A stretch of DNA of 64,000 nucleotides, from the NCBI RefSeq assembly GCF_009914755.1, contig NC_060929.1. One strand, written 5' to 3'. A program made the translations under genes and the position numbers. Shown one piece after another: positions 39,680 to 54,353 of this stretch. The notes below the pieces were generated by a model, which was not told the origin of the DNA, searched no databases, and saw only the letters and a list, made by a program, of their open reading frames with translations. How positions within the stretch are numbered: position 1 is the stretch's first letter; each line of letters opens with the position of its first letter. The DNA is from the human T2T-CHM13v2.0 reference genome, Homo sapiens.

Positions 39680-40110
39680 TATATTTGGCTCCAATAAACA
39701 GAAAACCAGACTACAGAGGATTAAACAAATGGGAATTTATTTGCTTCACATAAAAGGAAGTCCAGACATGGGGGCTGCTGGCTTTGGTCTGGCCAATTAA
39801 TAAAATCAGGACTCATGTCTGGAGGAGCCCATTGGCTTTGCTGTCACCCTCTTAAGGAGGCTGCTGCAGATCCAGCCATTTCATCTACATTCAAGGCAAG
39901 CAGAATAAGTAGCAAAGTAGAAGTGTCCCACGAACAGTATCTGCTCCTTTTTATTAGGACATTAAAAGCTACTTACCACAGAGGCCGTTCCTTCCTGAGG
40001 CTGACTTCATTCACATCTTGTTCCATCACCCTTTCCAGTCACAGGAGAGCCTGGGAAAGCCAATGTGTGGATGTTCAGCGTCTGTAGTGGGAGGTAGCCA
40101 GGTAGAAGGG
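39680..40110 (-). mobile_element. Old MLT1 (J/K-like) LTR fragment
   Basis: AACAGAAAACCAGACTACAGAGGATTAAACAAATGGGAATTTATT...AAGGAGGCTGCTGCAGATCCAGCC. Confidence 0.5.
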
Positions 40111-40596
40111 GTGGGAAAGGTCTTGAAGAGCTGATCAGCAGTGTTTCCCGACTGTGTTGCCAGAGCCCCTACAGGGCTTCTGCCACCCAGGTTGTGCTGG
40201 TGTTCACATGTCCTCACTGCCCCACCTCTTACTGGCATCTCCTCGAATGCCAGAATTGTTAAGAACAGCTGTTGATGTAGTAAGCAATAATTAACTCCCA
40301 GGTTGATAAATCACGTGGCTGCAGAATTTTTTTCCCTTGAAATATATAGGTGAATGCTGCTTAGAATGTGGTGGTGTAACCACCTCCTTGGACGGAGAGT
40401 GCCCATGCAGCCATTTTGAAGCTACTGTTGAGCCTGAGGAAGGGTGTTCTTTAGACGGGAAACTCACCATATGTAGGAGCATACCCACAGATGTTCTAAT
40501 AACTGGTGTTACTGGAGTGTGTAGAAGAAGACACCGTCGTTAGGGCCAGTGAAGGTTCCAGTATGGCATCTGCTTTCAAGCAGGAGAAAATTCTGG

Positions 40597-43095
<2,499 letters not shown>

Positions 43096-45135
43096 CAAAA
43101 ATTGGATTGGAAATTAGAAAAATAAATGTGGCCCAGGTTTGGATATGGAAAAATTTTTTTTAAAGGGAGAGAAAATTCTGACTGAGTGACAGTGTTCCTG
43201 TTTGGGCTTATGTCCAATGGTGATGTGGAGGTAAAAATGAAGGGGAAGCCTGGAAAAACACAACTAATTATGTGGATATTTTATCTGCATTAACTATTAA
43301 TGCAAAATTTAATTTATGCAAACATTATGGAAGAGATTATTTTACATTTAAATCTAAATTTGGTCCATGATCATTTAAATGCAACATTTATTATTACTGA
43401 AGGCTCTACCCGGGCACATTCTTGCAGGCTCTGAAGTGTGATCCCCTCATTAATCCAAACTTTATCAGATTTGCTAAACCAAATGCTATCATACTCAGCA
43501 AACAAAGGAACAAGAGAATGATATGTCACATCAGAACACTCATTTAACTAGTTCTCACTTGATGCTTGTTATTTTTCGTTTATCACCGAAGCTATGGAAT
43601 ATTTGCTATTTGCTTTCGGAATGAAAGGTATACATACATTATATGTATAAATGCTATAATTCCAAAAGAGTGTTTTTTTTAAATATTCCTTTAGAAGTTA
43701 CAGGAAAATCTATCCTCCCAAGAGTATAATCTTTGATGTCATGTTATGTCCATACTGTCTTCCATCCCATTCCCACCCCTGTTCTTAGTTCACCTGTTGC
43801 TGCGGGTCTTCTGAAATTCCACCTGCCCTGCACATGCAGGGCACCTGAGCTTGGGCCTCAGCTGTCTTTCTGTGAGCCCTTTGATCCTGTTCTGCCTTCG
43901 CTTCCCTCCCTTTTTGTCCCACACCACCTCAGCTTCATCTGAGTTTACTTTCTGGTTCTCTTAACTGAGTTGCTCATCTCTCTTTCCTATTCAGTACAGC
44001 AGCCCTCCTGATGTAGTGGAAGGATGACTTTCTTTTGGTTTAAAAAATTACACCAGGTCTCACATTTTTAGCATTCCTGTGGAGGAAGCTCATGCTCATT
44101 AGCATCAGCCATTATTCATTCATTATCACATTCTCAGTTCTTCCCTCCACCTGAACTGTTTCTTTGTTCTGGATCTGGAAGAATTCACGTTTAGTCATCT
44201 GCTTCTTATCTGACATCAGTTTCTCTGTTGGTAGTGCACAACATATTCACTTGGGGAGATTTATGTTTTAAAAAGTAATAACCCACTGACACTCCGGAGT
44301 GGGCTCCAGGCCCGTGTGCATCTTTTGCAAGTGCCAAGTGATTCCACTGCACAGCCTGCTGCACCCCTGAGGACCCATGAGCTCTCACGAGTAAAGCACC
44401 TTGGTGGAGCTTTATTTCGCCTTTCCAATTGCTAACAACAAATCAGAATACGTATTTGCATGACACTTACAATCAATGACATGATTTAAAATATTACAAG
44501 TCTTTGTTTCCCTAACCAGAGCATAGTTTATAAATGAAATTTGCATTTATATATGATGGTGATGTTTTTATTTGATTCATTATAGTTGTAAGCATTGGTG
44601 AACTTTGTGTGCAGAATTGGCTGTAACTTGTATATTACCAAATGAGAAAGATACATAAACTAAGAAGGCCATATTTGAATCTGTGGCTAGTGGAGTCATA
44701 AATAAATTGGTATTAAATTTGGTGAATGATGTAATCACACCAAAGATGTGTCTCCTGGGGAGACCTGTCAACACAGGTAGCATCCATCCTCTTGGGAGAG
44801 GTCACTCTTCTGAAGGAGTGGCCTTCAGCCTTGAGAGCTCTGAAGTATGATCCTAGGAGTAATCCATCCTTTATCAGACTTGGGATGCTGATTAGTTTTA
44901 ACTACTTAGCAGGCAAAAAAGAATTAATTAATTACAGGCACAAAAGAATGCTAATTAATTAAACTCAGAATGCTAATTTGTTAATTTATCATGAGGAATA
45001 TGACTATCCGATAGACCAGACAGTTTATGAAACTACCTCTTAAATTGTCTCTATAGTAAGAAACCACCTTATCCAAAGATCACCTGTGAGCAGGGAAATA
45101 ACACAGTTGGAGGGCTGATTTAAATGCTTAAAACA

Positions 45136-45431
45136 GGCTGGGTGTGGTGGCTCACACCTGTAATCCCAGCACTTTGGGAGGCCAAGGCGGGCAGATTGCT
45201 TGAGCTCAAGAGATCAGCCTGGGAAACACAGGGAAACTTTGTCTCTACTAAAAATACAAAAGTTAGCCGGGCGTGGTGGTGCATGTCTGTAATCCTAGCT
45301 ACTTGGGAGATTGAGGCATGAGAATTGCTTGAACCCAGGAGGAGGAGGTTGCAGTGAGCTGAGATCACACCACTCCCCTCCAGCCTGGGCAACACAGCGA
45401 GACTCTGTCTCAAAAAAATAAAAATTAAAGA
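45136..45431 (+). mobile_element. AluS (AluSz-like), with a small left-arm deletion
   Basis: Dimeric Alu; TSD TAAATGCTTAAAACA (45121-45135) / TAAATGCTTAAAGCA (45432-45446). Confidence 0.93.
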
Positions 45432-46149
45432 TAAATGCTTAAAGCAGTATTTCTAGATCTTTTTCTATTAGACTCCCTCCTAAGGAAACTCTTTAGATAT
45501 TTTTATTCCTACCTGGCCCCTCATGAAAATCTAATGCCACAGGTATATTGCGTATCTGTTTATGTGATGTGTGCATTTTTGCCCTCCCCAAGAACTATTG
45601 TTTCCCTCTTGGGGTGCTATGACCTCTGTTGAGAATGCATAGTTTAAGACATCAAACTCTGAAAGCCTAAAGTATGCATTTCTGCTAGAGGGGTGAGCCA
45701 GCCATATGGGCCAGGTACTGAAGTCTGCTGACAGGATACCTTCTCCTCTAGACAGTGCCATTTTTCCCCCCAAGAGACAGGCCTTTCTCCATGTTTCCAT
45801 AATTGAAATCTTCACCACCCACTTCCCCTTTTTTATGCACATATTCTTTCTTTAGATGTTTTAGTTTACCCAACAGATCAGACTCAAATCTGGCCAGTCT
45901 GGGAAGGTTTCATTCCCTTTCAGGTGACAAAACATAGCTTCATGGTTCCAGTTTAACTCTGATAAGATAAGTTCAGGTCCAAATTCTTCATGTCTCTTCT
46001 GAGTATAATTTGCATGGATTTACTGAAGGGATGGCAGGTATATATCAAGGCATAACCCTGATATTCAGGGATAATATCTTATGAAGCAACTACAAAGTTT
46101 TCTCACTAAATAGGAGAGGCGGAAAAGTAGATTGAATTGATTTAGGGCA

Positions 46150-47560
46150 AAAACTCACATTTTAATATAAGCCCATAAGGGCAGGGCTTTGACCTTTTTA
46201 AAAAGTTTTCTTAAAATTACAGTCTCTACACTTTGAGCAGTTTGGGGCACATAAGAGGCTGTCAATAATATTTGTTGAATGAAAGAATGTATTTTTGTTC
46301 AATACATGAATTAGGATATTTCCAATTCTTATGTACTGAATCATAGGTGTATGTGGGATTTTATTTATCCATTTAATAAATACTTATCAGTACATGTCCC
46401 AATAAGTTCTATATGGATTACCCAATCTATATATAGGGGAATATAAAACAGGTGGGATCTTGACCCTCAAGGAACATAGAGCAGAACATGAAAGACAGAC
46501 AATAAGCAGATGGAGAAATGCAAAACATTTACTTTTGGCAAATGATGTTGGGGAAGTATCAGGGAGTATTACTCTACTGATGTTGGAGAAGTATCAGGGA
46601 GTATTACTCCAGTGATATTGGAGACATATGAGGAAGCCGTCCTGGAGAATAGCAGGAAGGCATTAAGAGAGTGTGCCCAGGGAGCCCCTGACATACAAGC
46701 CAGGAATGAGCAGAAGGAGTTCCACACAGGGAGAGAGCCAGGCATGAGATTGCCAGGCAGAGAAAAGTATGTGTGCAAGGGCTTGAGCCTGGCCAAGTTG
46801 GAGCAACCCAGAGGAGGGCTTCATGCCTAGAGTGGAGCTGAGACAGGGCATGAATGGAATGTGGAGATGCAGACAGGGGTGGGTTGTATAAAGAATTTAG
46901 GGTAGGATACTTTCATAAGAAACATATTAAATTGGAGAGGCCTACTTTTCTGTGTCTAGTCCTCAGAAGAAAGATGTAGGCTAGAGGTATATCTTTGGGC
47001 ATTGGTGTTATTTCGATGGTGTTGAAGAAGTTAGGTATATGGATGATGCTGCAAGGGAGAACTTGGGGGAATTTAAAGAGAAGTAGACCTGGGCAGTGCC
47101 CTGGAGATTGCCAACATTTGAATTAAGGCAATGGATTCAGTGAGATGGGCTGACTCCAGGGTGCATGATGCCAGGGCAGCTGAGGCAGGCTGGGATTCTC
47201 CATAGGAGAAAGGGCCCAGCTGCTGCTGAGAGAGCCACTCAGGAGTGAGGTCAGGAGAGAGTAGGAAGGAGACATTGGGTTTGGCAAACTTGAAGGTAAC
47301 TGATATTCTTGCCTAGAGTAGTTTCGGTGGTGCCTTGGGTTGCTACATGAAATGGATTCAGGAGAGACAGGGATCAAGAAATAGAAAGAGCTTAAGTAGA
47401 CAAGTCTTAGAGGCTCAGCTGTAAAGGGAAATGAGAAATGGAGAAGATGGAAGGATGTGTGTGTTAAGGAAGGGTGTTGTTAGCTAAGGAGTAGGCTCAC
47501 TGGCTGTTGGGAATGATTCAAAGAGGGAGAGATGGATGCCATAGCATTAAGCAGTCAGGA
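46150..47560. mobile_element. L2 fragments
   Basis: TCAATAATATTTGTTGAATGAAAGAATG (+ strand 3' end); ATCCATTTAATAAATACTTAT... and downstream purine-rich L2-like body (minus strand). Confidence 0.6.
46543..46624. repeat. 35-bp tandem repeat, about 2.3 copies
   Basis: TGATGTTGGRGAAGTATCAGGGAGTATTACTCYAS repeated. Confidence 0.9.
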
Positions 47561-48096
47561 GTGAGTTAGCACGGTGGCTTAGACTCCCTGTTGCCTGGAG
47601 ACAATTGATAGAGTGATGGTCCAGGCCTGTGTGGTTTTCTTATGCATTGAAGTGGAGTTAAAAAGTGCTTTTCTTGCAAATTATGGAATTTGGTTGTCAA
47701 ATTTGATCTAAATAAAGGAATTTTAAAATGCATAATCTAAAATCAAACTGCTTTTCTTCATTTCGGTTCTACTCCCAAGTGATTCTGATGCCAGGCATGG
47801 TTTTTTTTCTCATCAGCATCTTTCACTGCAGTGATTGCTATAGAAATCCTTGAGGTGTGAAAACTATTCCTTGTAGCAAGCACAGAATTTAAATGTTTCT
47901 GTTAGGAAAACAACTTTTAGGGCCACCTGACCATGGGAAGCTCTGCATTCTGTATCTCTCCTCTTTCCAGTATAAAGATGAGTTATGAGGACACTCTCTC
48001 TCCTTTAAACTGTAGGTAAACTCTTTTGCTGCTTTTGTTTAATTTTATATGTGACATAGCCTTATTAAATCATAAGAAATATATTAAATGTTTCTC

Positions 48097-48136
48097 AAGT
48101 AGTTAAATAATGAGAAAAGTAGTTAAATAATGAGAA
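48097..48136. repeat. Perfect 20-bp tandem duplication
   Basis: AAGTAGTTAAATAATGAGAA x2. Confidence 0.92.
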
Positions 48137-49570
48137 GATAAATATCATTCTGATTTGTTAAAGTTCATTTTATATATGATACCAAAAAAACTTCATTAGT
48201 TTTTACCTAGTGTGCCCACTCTTTATTAAGGTCCTTAAAAAATTGGTACCTCTGGACTAATAGTTTTAGTCTTGATTGTTAAACATCTAATTGTTTTATG
48301 CTTGATTTTTTAGTGGCAGGTTTATTATATAATATATCCACTGGAAAAAATGGAAATGAATATTTTTAACATTTTATACTCATTCTTCAAAATTCTAGTA
48401 GGCTTGGATGGATTTCTATTTTATTTCTGGCTTGTAATACCTCTTCACACCATCAGGAAGCATGTTAATTCATCCCAGAAATGCATTTAGACTTGGGAAC
48501 AGTGGAGAGTTTATTTTGACCATGACAGTTCCAAATGAGGGTTGGGGGTTTATCTCTTACTTTCTTTATAAGCTGAAAAAGTGTGTGTGAAGCCCACCAT
48601 ATGGAAAACACTGTCATGCTTCCTAAGAGAAGTGTGCCCAGTAAGCATAAGTGTGTAATTTTTTATAAATCACAACGGTTTTGTTAGGCAAGTAATCCAA
48701 AGCTCATCTAGGCACAACAATGAGATGATTCTAGAAGTTGGACCTAGACTCAAATTAATGTGGCAGAAATTTTTTCTTGTACTATCCAGTGCCTGATGAC
48801 ATGGTAAAAGTCTCAGAGTAATAAGGGGTGCATGAGACATCTTATTCCAGAAAAGAAAATTCAACTGAAAAGAGTTGTTGGCAATACACAGAGCTCTTAA
48901 TCGAACGTTTTCTTTTTCCCTAAAACATAATAGTTTCCATTTTTTTTATTCTTAGAACTGATTCTGAATTTCTCACAGTTGGATACCAGCAAGAAAAAAA
49001 AGGACCTAGATCCTATAAAAAGGAATCATTTCCCATTTAGAAGTCACCTAATTAGGTATTTAGAACATCATGCACTATAAATAGGAAACCTCATGTTATT
49101 TCCTCAAGAAAGACAAGTCTTTTTGCACTTCAATGAAATGACAAAATAGTCAAATATGTGGCTTTTTGGCTTTTATGCAATGCAGATACAGGGTGTCTTT
49201 GTTTGGGCTTCCCAGAAGCAGGCCCTGAGATAGGGATAAATTGAGGCGGGGCCTAGCACAAACCCTGAACCATGGTGAGGTGGGCAGGATAGGGAAGGAG
49301 GAAGCTGAGCAAATGAGAGTGATGGTTTGGGGTGAGGCCTTGCCACAGTCTGATCTCATGGGGAGCACTGGAGTTTATTCTACCCTGAAGCAGGAATGCT
49401 GCTGTATTTGTCAGTCATTGACTATATGAGGGAATGGCTGATGACAGGAGTCGTTGGCTGCTCCGGGAGGGGGTAGGGAAGATGGGAGTGAAGGGTGAGA
49501 AGGAGAGTGGTTAAAACTAAGAGATAGCTCCAGTCACCCAAGGGCAACTGCTGGATAAGACTGCACACGA

Positions 49571-49876
<306 letters not shown>

Positions 49877-50007
49877 TATATATACCTAATGTAAATGATG
49901 AGTTAATGGGTGCAGCACACCAACATGGCACATGTATACATATGTAACAAACCTGCACATTGTACACATGTACCCTAAAACTTAAAGTATAATAATAAAA
50001 AAAAAAA
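49877..50007 (+). mobile_element. L1PA (PA4/5-like) extreme 3' end directly after the AluY tail
   Basis: TATACCTAATGTAAATGATGAGTTAATGGGTGCAGCACACCAACATGGCACATG...CCCTAAAACTTAAAGTATAATAAT followed by polyA. Confidence 0.92.
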
Positions 50008-50189
50008 GATTGCACACAAGAGCTGTTAACTCATAAGCTGAGCTCTGAGACAGGCACACTGGAGAAGCCCTAGGAATCCCAGGAAACCAGAGATGGAGAA
50101 GGCACAAATAGCTCAACTACAGAAATGCAGGCTGATATGGTGTGTCCTATCACCGGAGCTTCTAGTATAGGGGCAGTTATCACCTAATG

Positions 50190-50755
50190 AATGACACCTC
50201 ATGAAAGGAAGATATTCTGACACCAGCTGGTGGCACTAACCATCCCGCATTAGGGGAGACCCCAAAAGTTAAGGGCTCAGAATTCCACCAGGCTGTCCCT
50301 CAGATGCCAGCCATGATTGGCGGTGGGGGGTGGGGTCCCCAGGTCACCTGCATTTCTAACCAACTGACTACAAATTCCAATTTCCATGACCTCCCCTGGC
50401 ACATCAGTGTGTTCATCAACCACTGAGCTTTGGTGTGCAAAGTTTTTCTTGGCGTTTCATCTCATAGGCGTGACTGACTGAATCATCATCTATGTGATTG
50501 AACTCACTTTCCAGCTCCCTTCCCCAGAGGTTAGGTTTATGCTATGTGGCTCAAAGCCTTGCTTCTCTAATCACACAATTGTTCGTGCAGATGACCAGCC
50601 ATCCTGAGCCTCATCTTATCTTGTAGGATAAACTCAGGTATAATCCAAGAGGCTCACCAATAACAAAACCATTCCTATTACTCAGGATAGCCCAAGGATT
50701 TAATCTTCTTCCAAGAAATAAAAGACAAAAACCAGTCATATTATTTACTGTACAA
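50190..50755. mobile_element. MER21-like LTR
   Basis: TTCTGACACCAGCTGG...AAGTTAAGGGCTCAG...CAACTGACTACAAATTC...ATTCCTATTACTCAGGA. Confidence 0.65.
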
Positions 50756-51414
50756 AAGAATATGCCTCTTTGAAGAGCAGGCTTTACGTTAAAGTTATGT
50801 GTAGACAGAAGAGAACTCAAGGAGGTAACCCAGAGAGCACTGGGAGGACAGGCTTTGAAGAATTAATATAACTCTAAATTTGACCAGTTTGAGCAATCAA
50901 TAATGCATCTTTAATTTACTTAATGTTATCCATAGTCATCAAACCTAATTCTAAGTTGACACAAGATGAGCTTCATGCATCTCATGAGTGTCAACAGAGA
51001 CCCCAGATCACAATGAACAGAAAACAAAATTGTTTGAGTAAATTTGTGAAAGGGGGTTATGTTGAAATATCTCACATCCCATTTTTTTAAAGTTTGGTCA
51101 GCCCTCCTACGACTAAGAACCTCCATCTCTCTATCCCCTCTGAGTGGCCCATCTCTGCCTCTGTGTACATCTGCCCTGTCCTTCCTTTCCCCAAAACCAG
51201 CTTCTTGGTTCACCTTTCTGTCTGTATAAAATTTCATTACAGAATTCCCAAAATGGTAGCTTCAACTGCCAGTTTACATGGTCTTCATCTTGGTGCCCTC
51301 AACCTCTAAGACTCAAACCTAATTCCTGGAGACAGAATCTTATCAGCCCAAAAGTCCACCTTTGGTTTTGTTAGCTGTGATTTTGCACAAGGTTGAGGTA
51401 TTGAACTTGGGGTG

Positions 51415-52260
51415 GGTGGTCCCTGTTTGCTGCTCCAGACCCATAGTCACTCTTCTCACCCTGCTGTCCTGTGGAAGTGAATGTGAAGCACTGTGTCACC
51501 AGCTCCTTTGCCCTCTGGCTTCAGGTTGGGTCAGGCAAGTGGGAGGCATGGCCAGGGGACTGCAGGGCAAGAGGAGAATGAGGTCAGGGATTGAGGCTGT
51601 AACAGCCCCTGTGCCAGGACACAGGTTTGCAGTGACTGCTTCCACCATCTCCTGTTGGGTAGCTGATTCCCCAGCAGTAACACCTTTCTCCAGGTTCTAG
51701 CAACATGTCCCTCCTTGTATTAGTCTGTTCTCTTGCATTGCTGTAAGGAACTACCTGAGACTGGGTAACTTATGAAGAAAACAGGTTTAATTGACTCGCC
51801 ATTCTGCAGGCTCTACAGGAAGCATGGCCGAGGAGGCCTCAGGAAACTTGCAATCATGGCAGAAGGCAAAGGGGGAGCAGGCACATCTTCACATAGTGGA
51901 GCAGGAGAGAGAGAGAGAATGGGGAGGTGCTACACACTTGTAAACAGCCAGATCTCATGAGAACTCACTATCACAAGAACAGCAAGGGGGAAATCTGCCC
52001 CCATGGTCCAATCATCTCCCACCAGCCCCCTCCTTCAACACTGGGGACTACAATTCAACATGAGATTTGTGTGGGGACACAAATCCAGACCATATCACTC
52101 CCCTTGCCTCCTCAGATCCATATGTGGTAAGGAAACTTCTGTTGCTATCTCTGGGGCACTTCTGAATTCCTTGCTGGTTTTCCGGCCAATAATTTTTAAC
52201 TGTCACTTCATGTGACTTATAGCTCTTTCTTGCAAGCCATCTTTTTCAAGTGAGAACTTG
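51415..52260. mobile_element. LTR33-like ERVL LTR split by MSTA
   Basis: GCTCCTTTGCCCTCTGGCTTCAGGTTGGGTCAGGCAAGTGGGAGGCA...GAGGAGAATGAGGTCAGGG. Confidence 0.6.
51716..52097 (-). mobile_element. MSTA MaLR solo LTR
   Basis: TGTATTAGTCTGTTCTCTTGCATTGCT...ACATGAGATTTGTGTGGGGACACAAATCCAGACCATATCA; 5-bp flanks CTCCT / CTCCC. Confidence 0.92.
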
Positions 52261-52461
52261 ACCAAATCTGGACTCATGGGGTATGTTAGATGGCTGCTTC
52301 TTGTCTCAGAAGAAGAAAAATGAGCACAGAAAGGAAGTATCTGCTACTGTCTCAAAATTTTTGGAAGAGAATATAGATAGCAAGTTCATCATAGTTTTAA
52401 TAACTATTTTATTTAATTAATTTGTATATTTATTTACTTCATCAAAACTTTAGTTCTTTGG

Positions 52462-53003
52462 TGACGTGGTTTCCAGACTGTGTTCCAAGGCACCCAGGGG
52501 CACTCCAGGATATTATAAAATTTCAAGGGAAATACAAAGATGCTCAGCAAACTACTCTTGAGATAGTTCATAGTTTCAACATTAGATCATGCAGCATTCC
52601 TTTGTTGACATCATGTCTTTGCAAAGCTGGGTTTTTGTTGTTGCTGTGAGCAAAAACCAGTACGATGCAGATATTAAGATGCAATGGGATATGTAGGTGG
52701 CAGTATTGAATCAGAATCCATGATCTGTAAAGTTATGCAACACTCAACAGACACATTGGCCACTGATCATCATTAGTATTTCACCATGATTATTTAAGAA
52801 TGAAATAAAAATATTATATTTTATTTTCATATATGGTGGTGCTAGTGGTTTTTGCATCAAGTACTAAGTTGTTTGGGCATAATACTTAAGTTGCTATGAC
52901 CTCACTAAGTAATAAACAAAACTCCTGGGAATTTCGTTTAGTCTAGTAACATGATAAAAAAATTAATGAGTATTATGAACCAGGAAAACTCAGGAACCTC
53001 TGC
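52462..53003. mobile_element. hAT-Charlie element (MER119-like)
   Basis: GTGGTTTCCAGACTGTGTTCCAAGGCACCCAGGGGCAC...AAATTTCAAGGGAAATAC and opposite terminus CAGGAACCTCTG. Confidence 0.65.
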
Positions 53004-53032
53004 ATTAGTGGTTTTATTTTTGCAATTAGTTT

Positions 53033-53093
53033 TATAATAATGTCAGAAGAAGTATAATAATGTCAGAAGGAGTATAATAATGTCAGAAGAAGT
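53033..53093. repeat. 20-bp tandem repeat, 3 copies
   Basis: TATAATAATGTCAGAAGRAG x3. Confidence 0.93.
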
Positions 53094-53569
53094 TTATCAC
53101 CAGTCTTCCTTCAATCACAAGCATTTGTATGTTCTCATATAGAAAACTAATGATGATCCCAATGGCAGAAACTTCATAGCCATCACTCTGAGAACCTAGT
53201 GGCTGCAATTAAAATCTCACTTCTCCAGCTCATGAGAAGCCTGCCTTGTATCATTTAAATTGTTTGTTTGCTTTGTTGAGTTCTATTGTTGGCTTGTTTT
53301 ATTGCATTTATTCTAATGACATTAATTACTTTAGGGGGAGAGTACAAAATTTAATTGATTAAAAATAAATGCTCAGCAAATGTTTTGTGGAATGACTAAA
53401 GGGTATTTAATGAATATCCCATCTTGGTGCACATTAAACCATCATGGGTAGTACATGGAATTTCTGCAAGAGTTACCAGCCCCAAATGTCTAAGGCTTGC
53501 CCATTTTGACATTCCAGTAGATTCTCTGGTGATGTGTAAATAAAATGTCTTTAAAACTTAATGTCATAT

Positions 53570-54353
53570 TGTGATGGACTGAATTGTGTTCCCTCAAAAT
53601 TCCTATGTTGAAGGCTAACCACCTCAGAATGTGACTGTATTTAAACAAAGGGCCTTTGAAGAGGTGGCTAAGGTAAAATGAGATCTTTAGGGTGGGCCCT
53701 AATGCAATCTGACTGGTGTCTCTATAAGAAGAGGAGATTAGGACACACAGAGACACCAGGGTTGTGTGCTCACAGAGAAGAGACCCTGTGAGGTCACTGA
53801 ATTTTTGTCCCCTCTGAAACTCATGTTGAAGTTTAATTGCCATTGTAACACTATTAGGAAGTAGAACTTTTACAAAGTGATTAGGTCATGAGGGCTGTGA
53901 CCTCATGGGTGTGATTAACACCGTTATAAAAGGGAGTTAATCCCTTTTTTTCCCATTGATCTTTTGTGTTCTGCCATGGGAGACAAAGCATTCCTCCCCT
54001 GCAGAGGCTGCCGTGTTCAAGGCTCCTTCCTGGAATGAGAACTGCCAACCCTGCCATCACCTTGATATTGGACTTTACAGCTTCCAGAACTGTGAGCTGA
54101 TAAATTTCTGTTTTGTGTAAGTTACCCAGTCTGTGGTCTACTGCAGCATAAAATAGGCCAAGTCACAGCAAGAAGGCAGCCGTCTGCAAGCCAAGGAGAG
54201 AGGCCTCAATCAAACCTAACTACAACTTGGCCTTGGACTGTAGCCTTCAGAAATGTGAGGAAATAAATGTCTGCTATTTAAGCCACCCAGTCTGTGGTAT
54301 TTTATTATTATTAGTAGTAGTAGTAGTAGTCATAATCATAGCATACTAATGCA
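53570..54353 (+). mobile_element. MLT1A-like LTR containing a nested MSTC/MSTD-like LTR (53798-54161)
   Basis: Outer TGTGATGGACTGAATTGTGTTCCC...GACCCTGTGAGGTCAC resumes at AGCAAGAAGGCAGCCGTCTGCAAGCCAAGG; the inner piece has its own CCAGAACTGTGAG...ATAAATTTCTG...TTACCCAGTCTGTGGT end. Confidence 0.85.
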
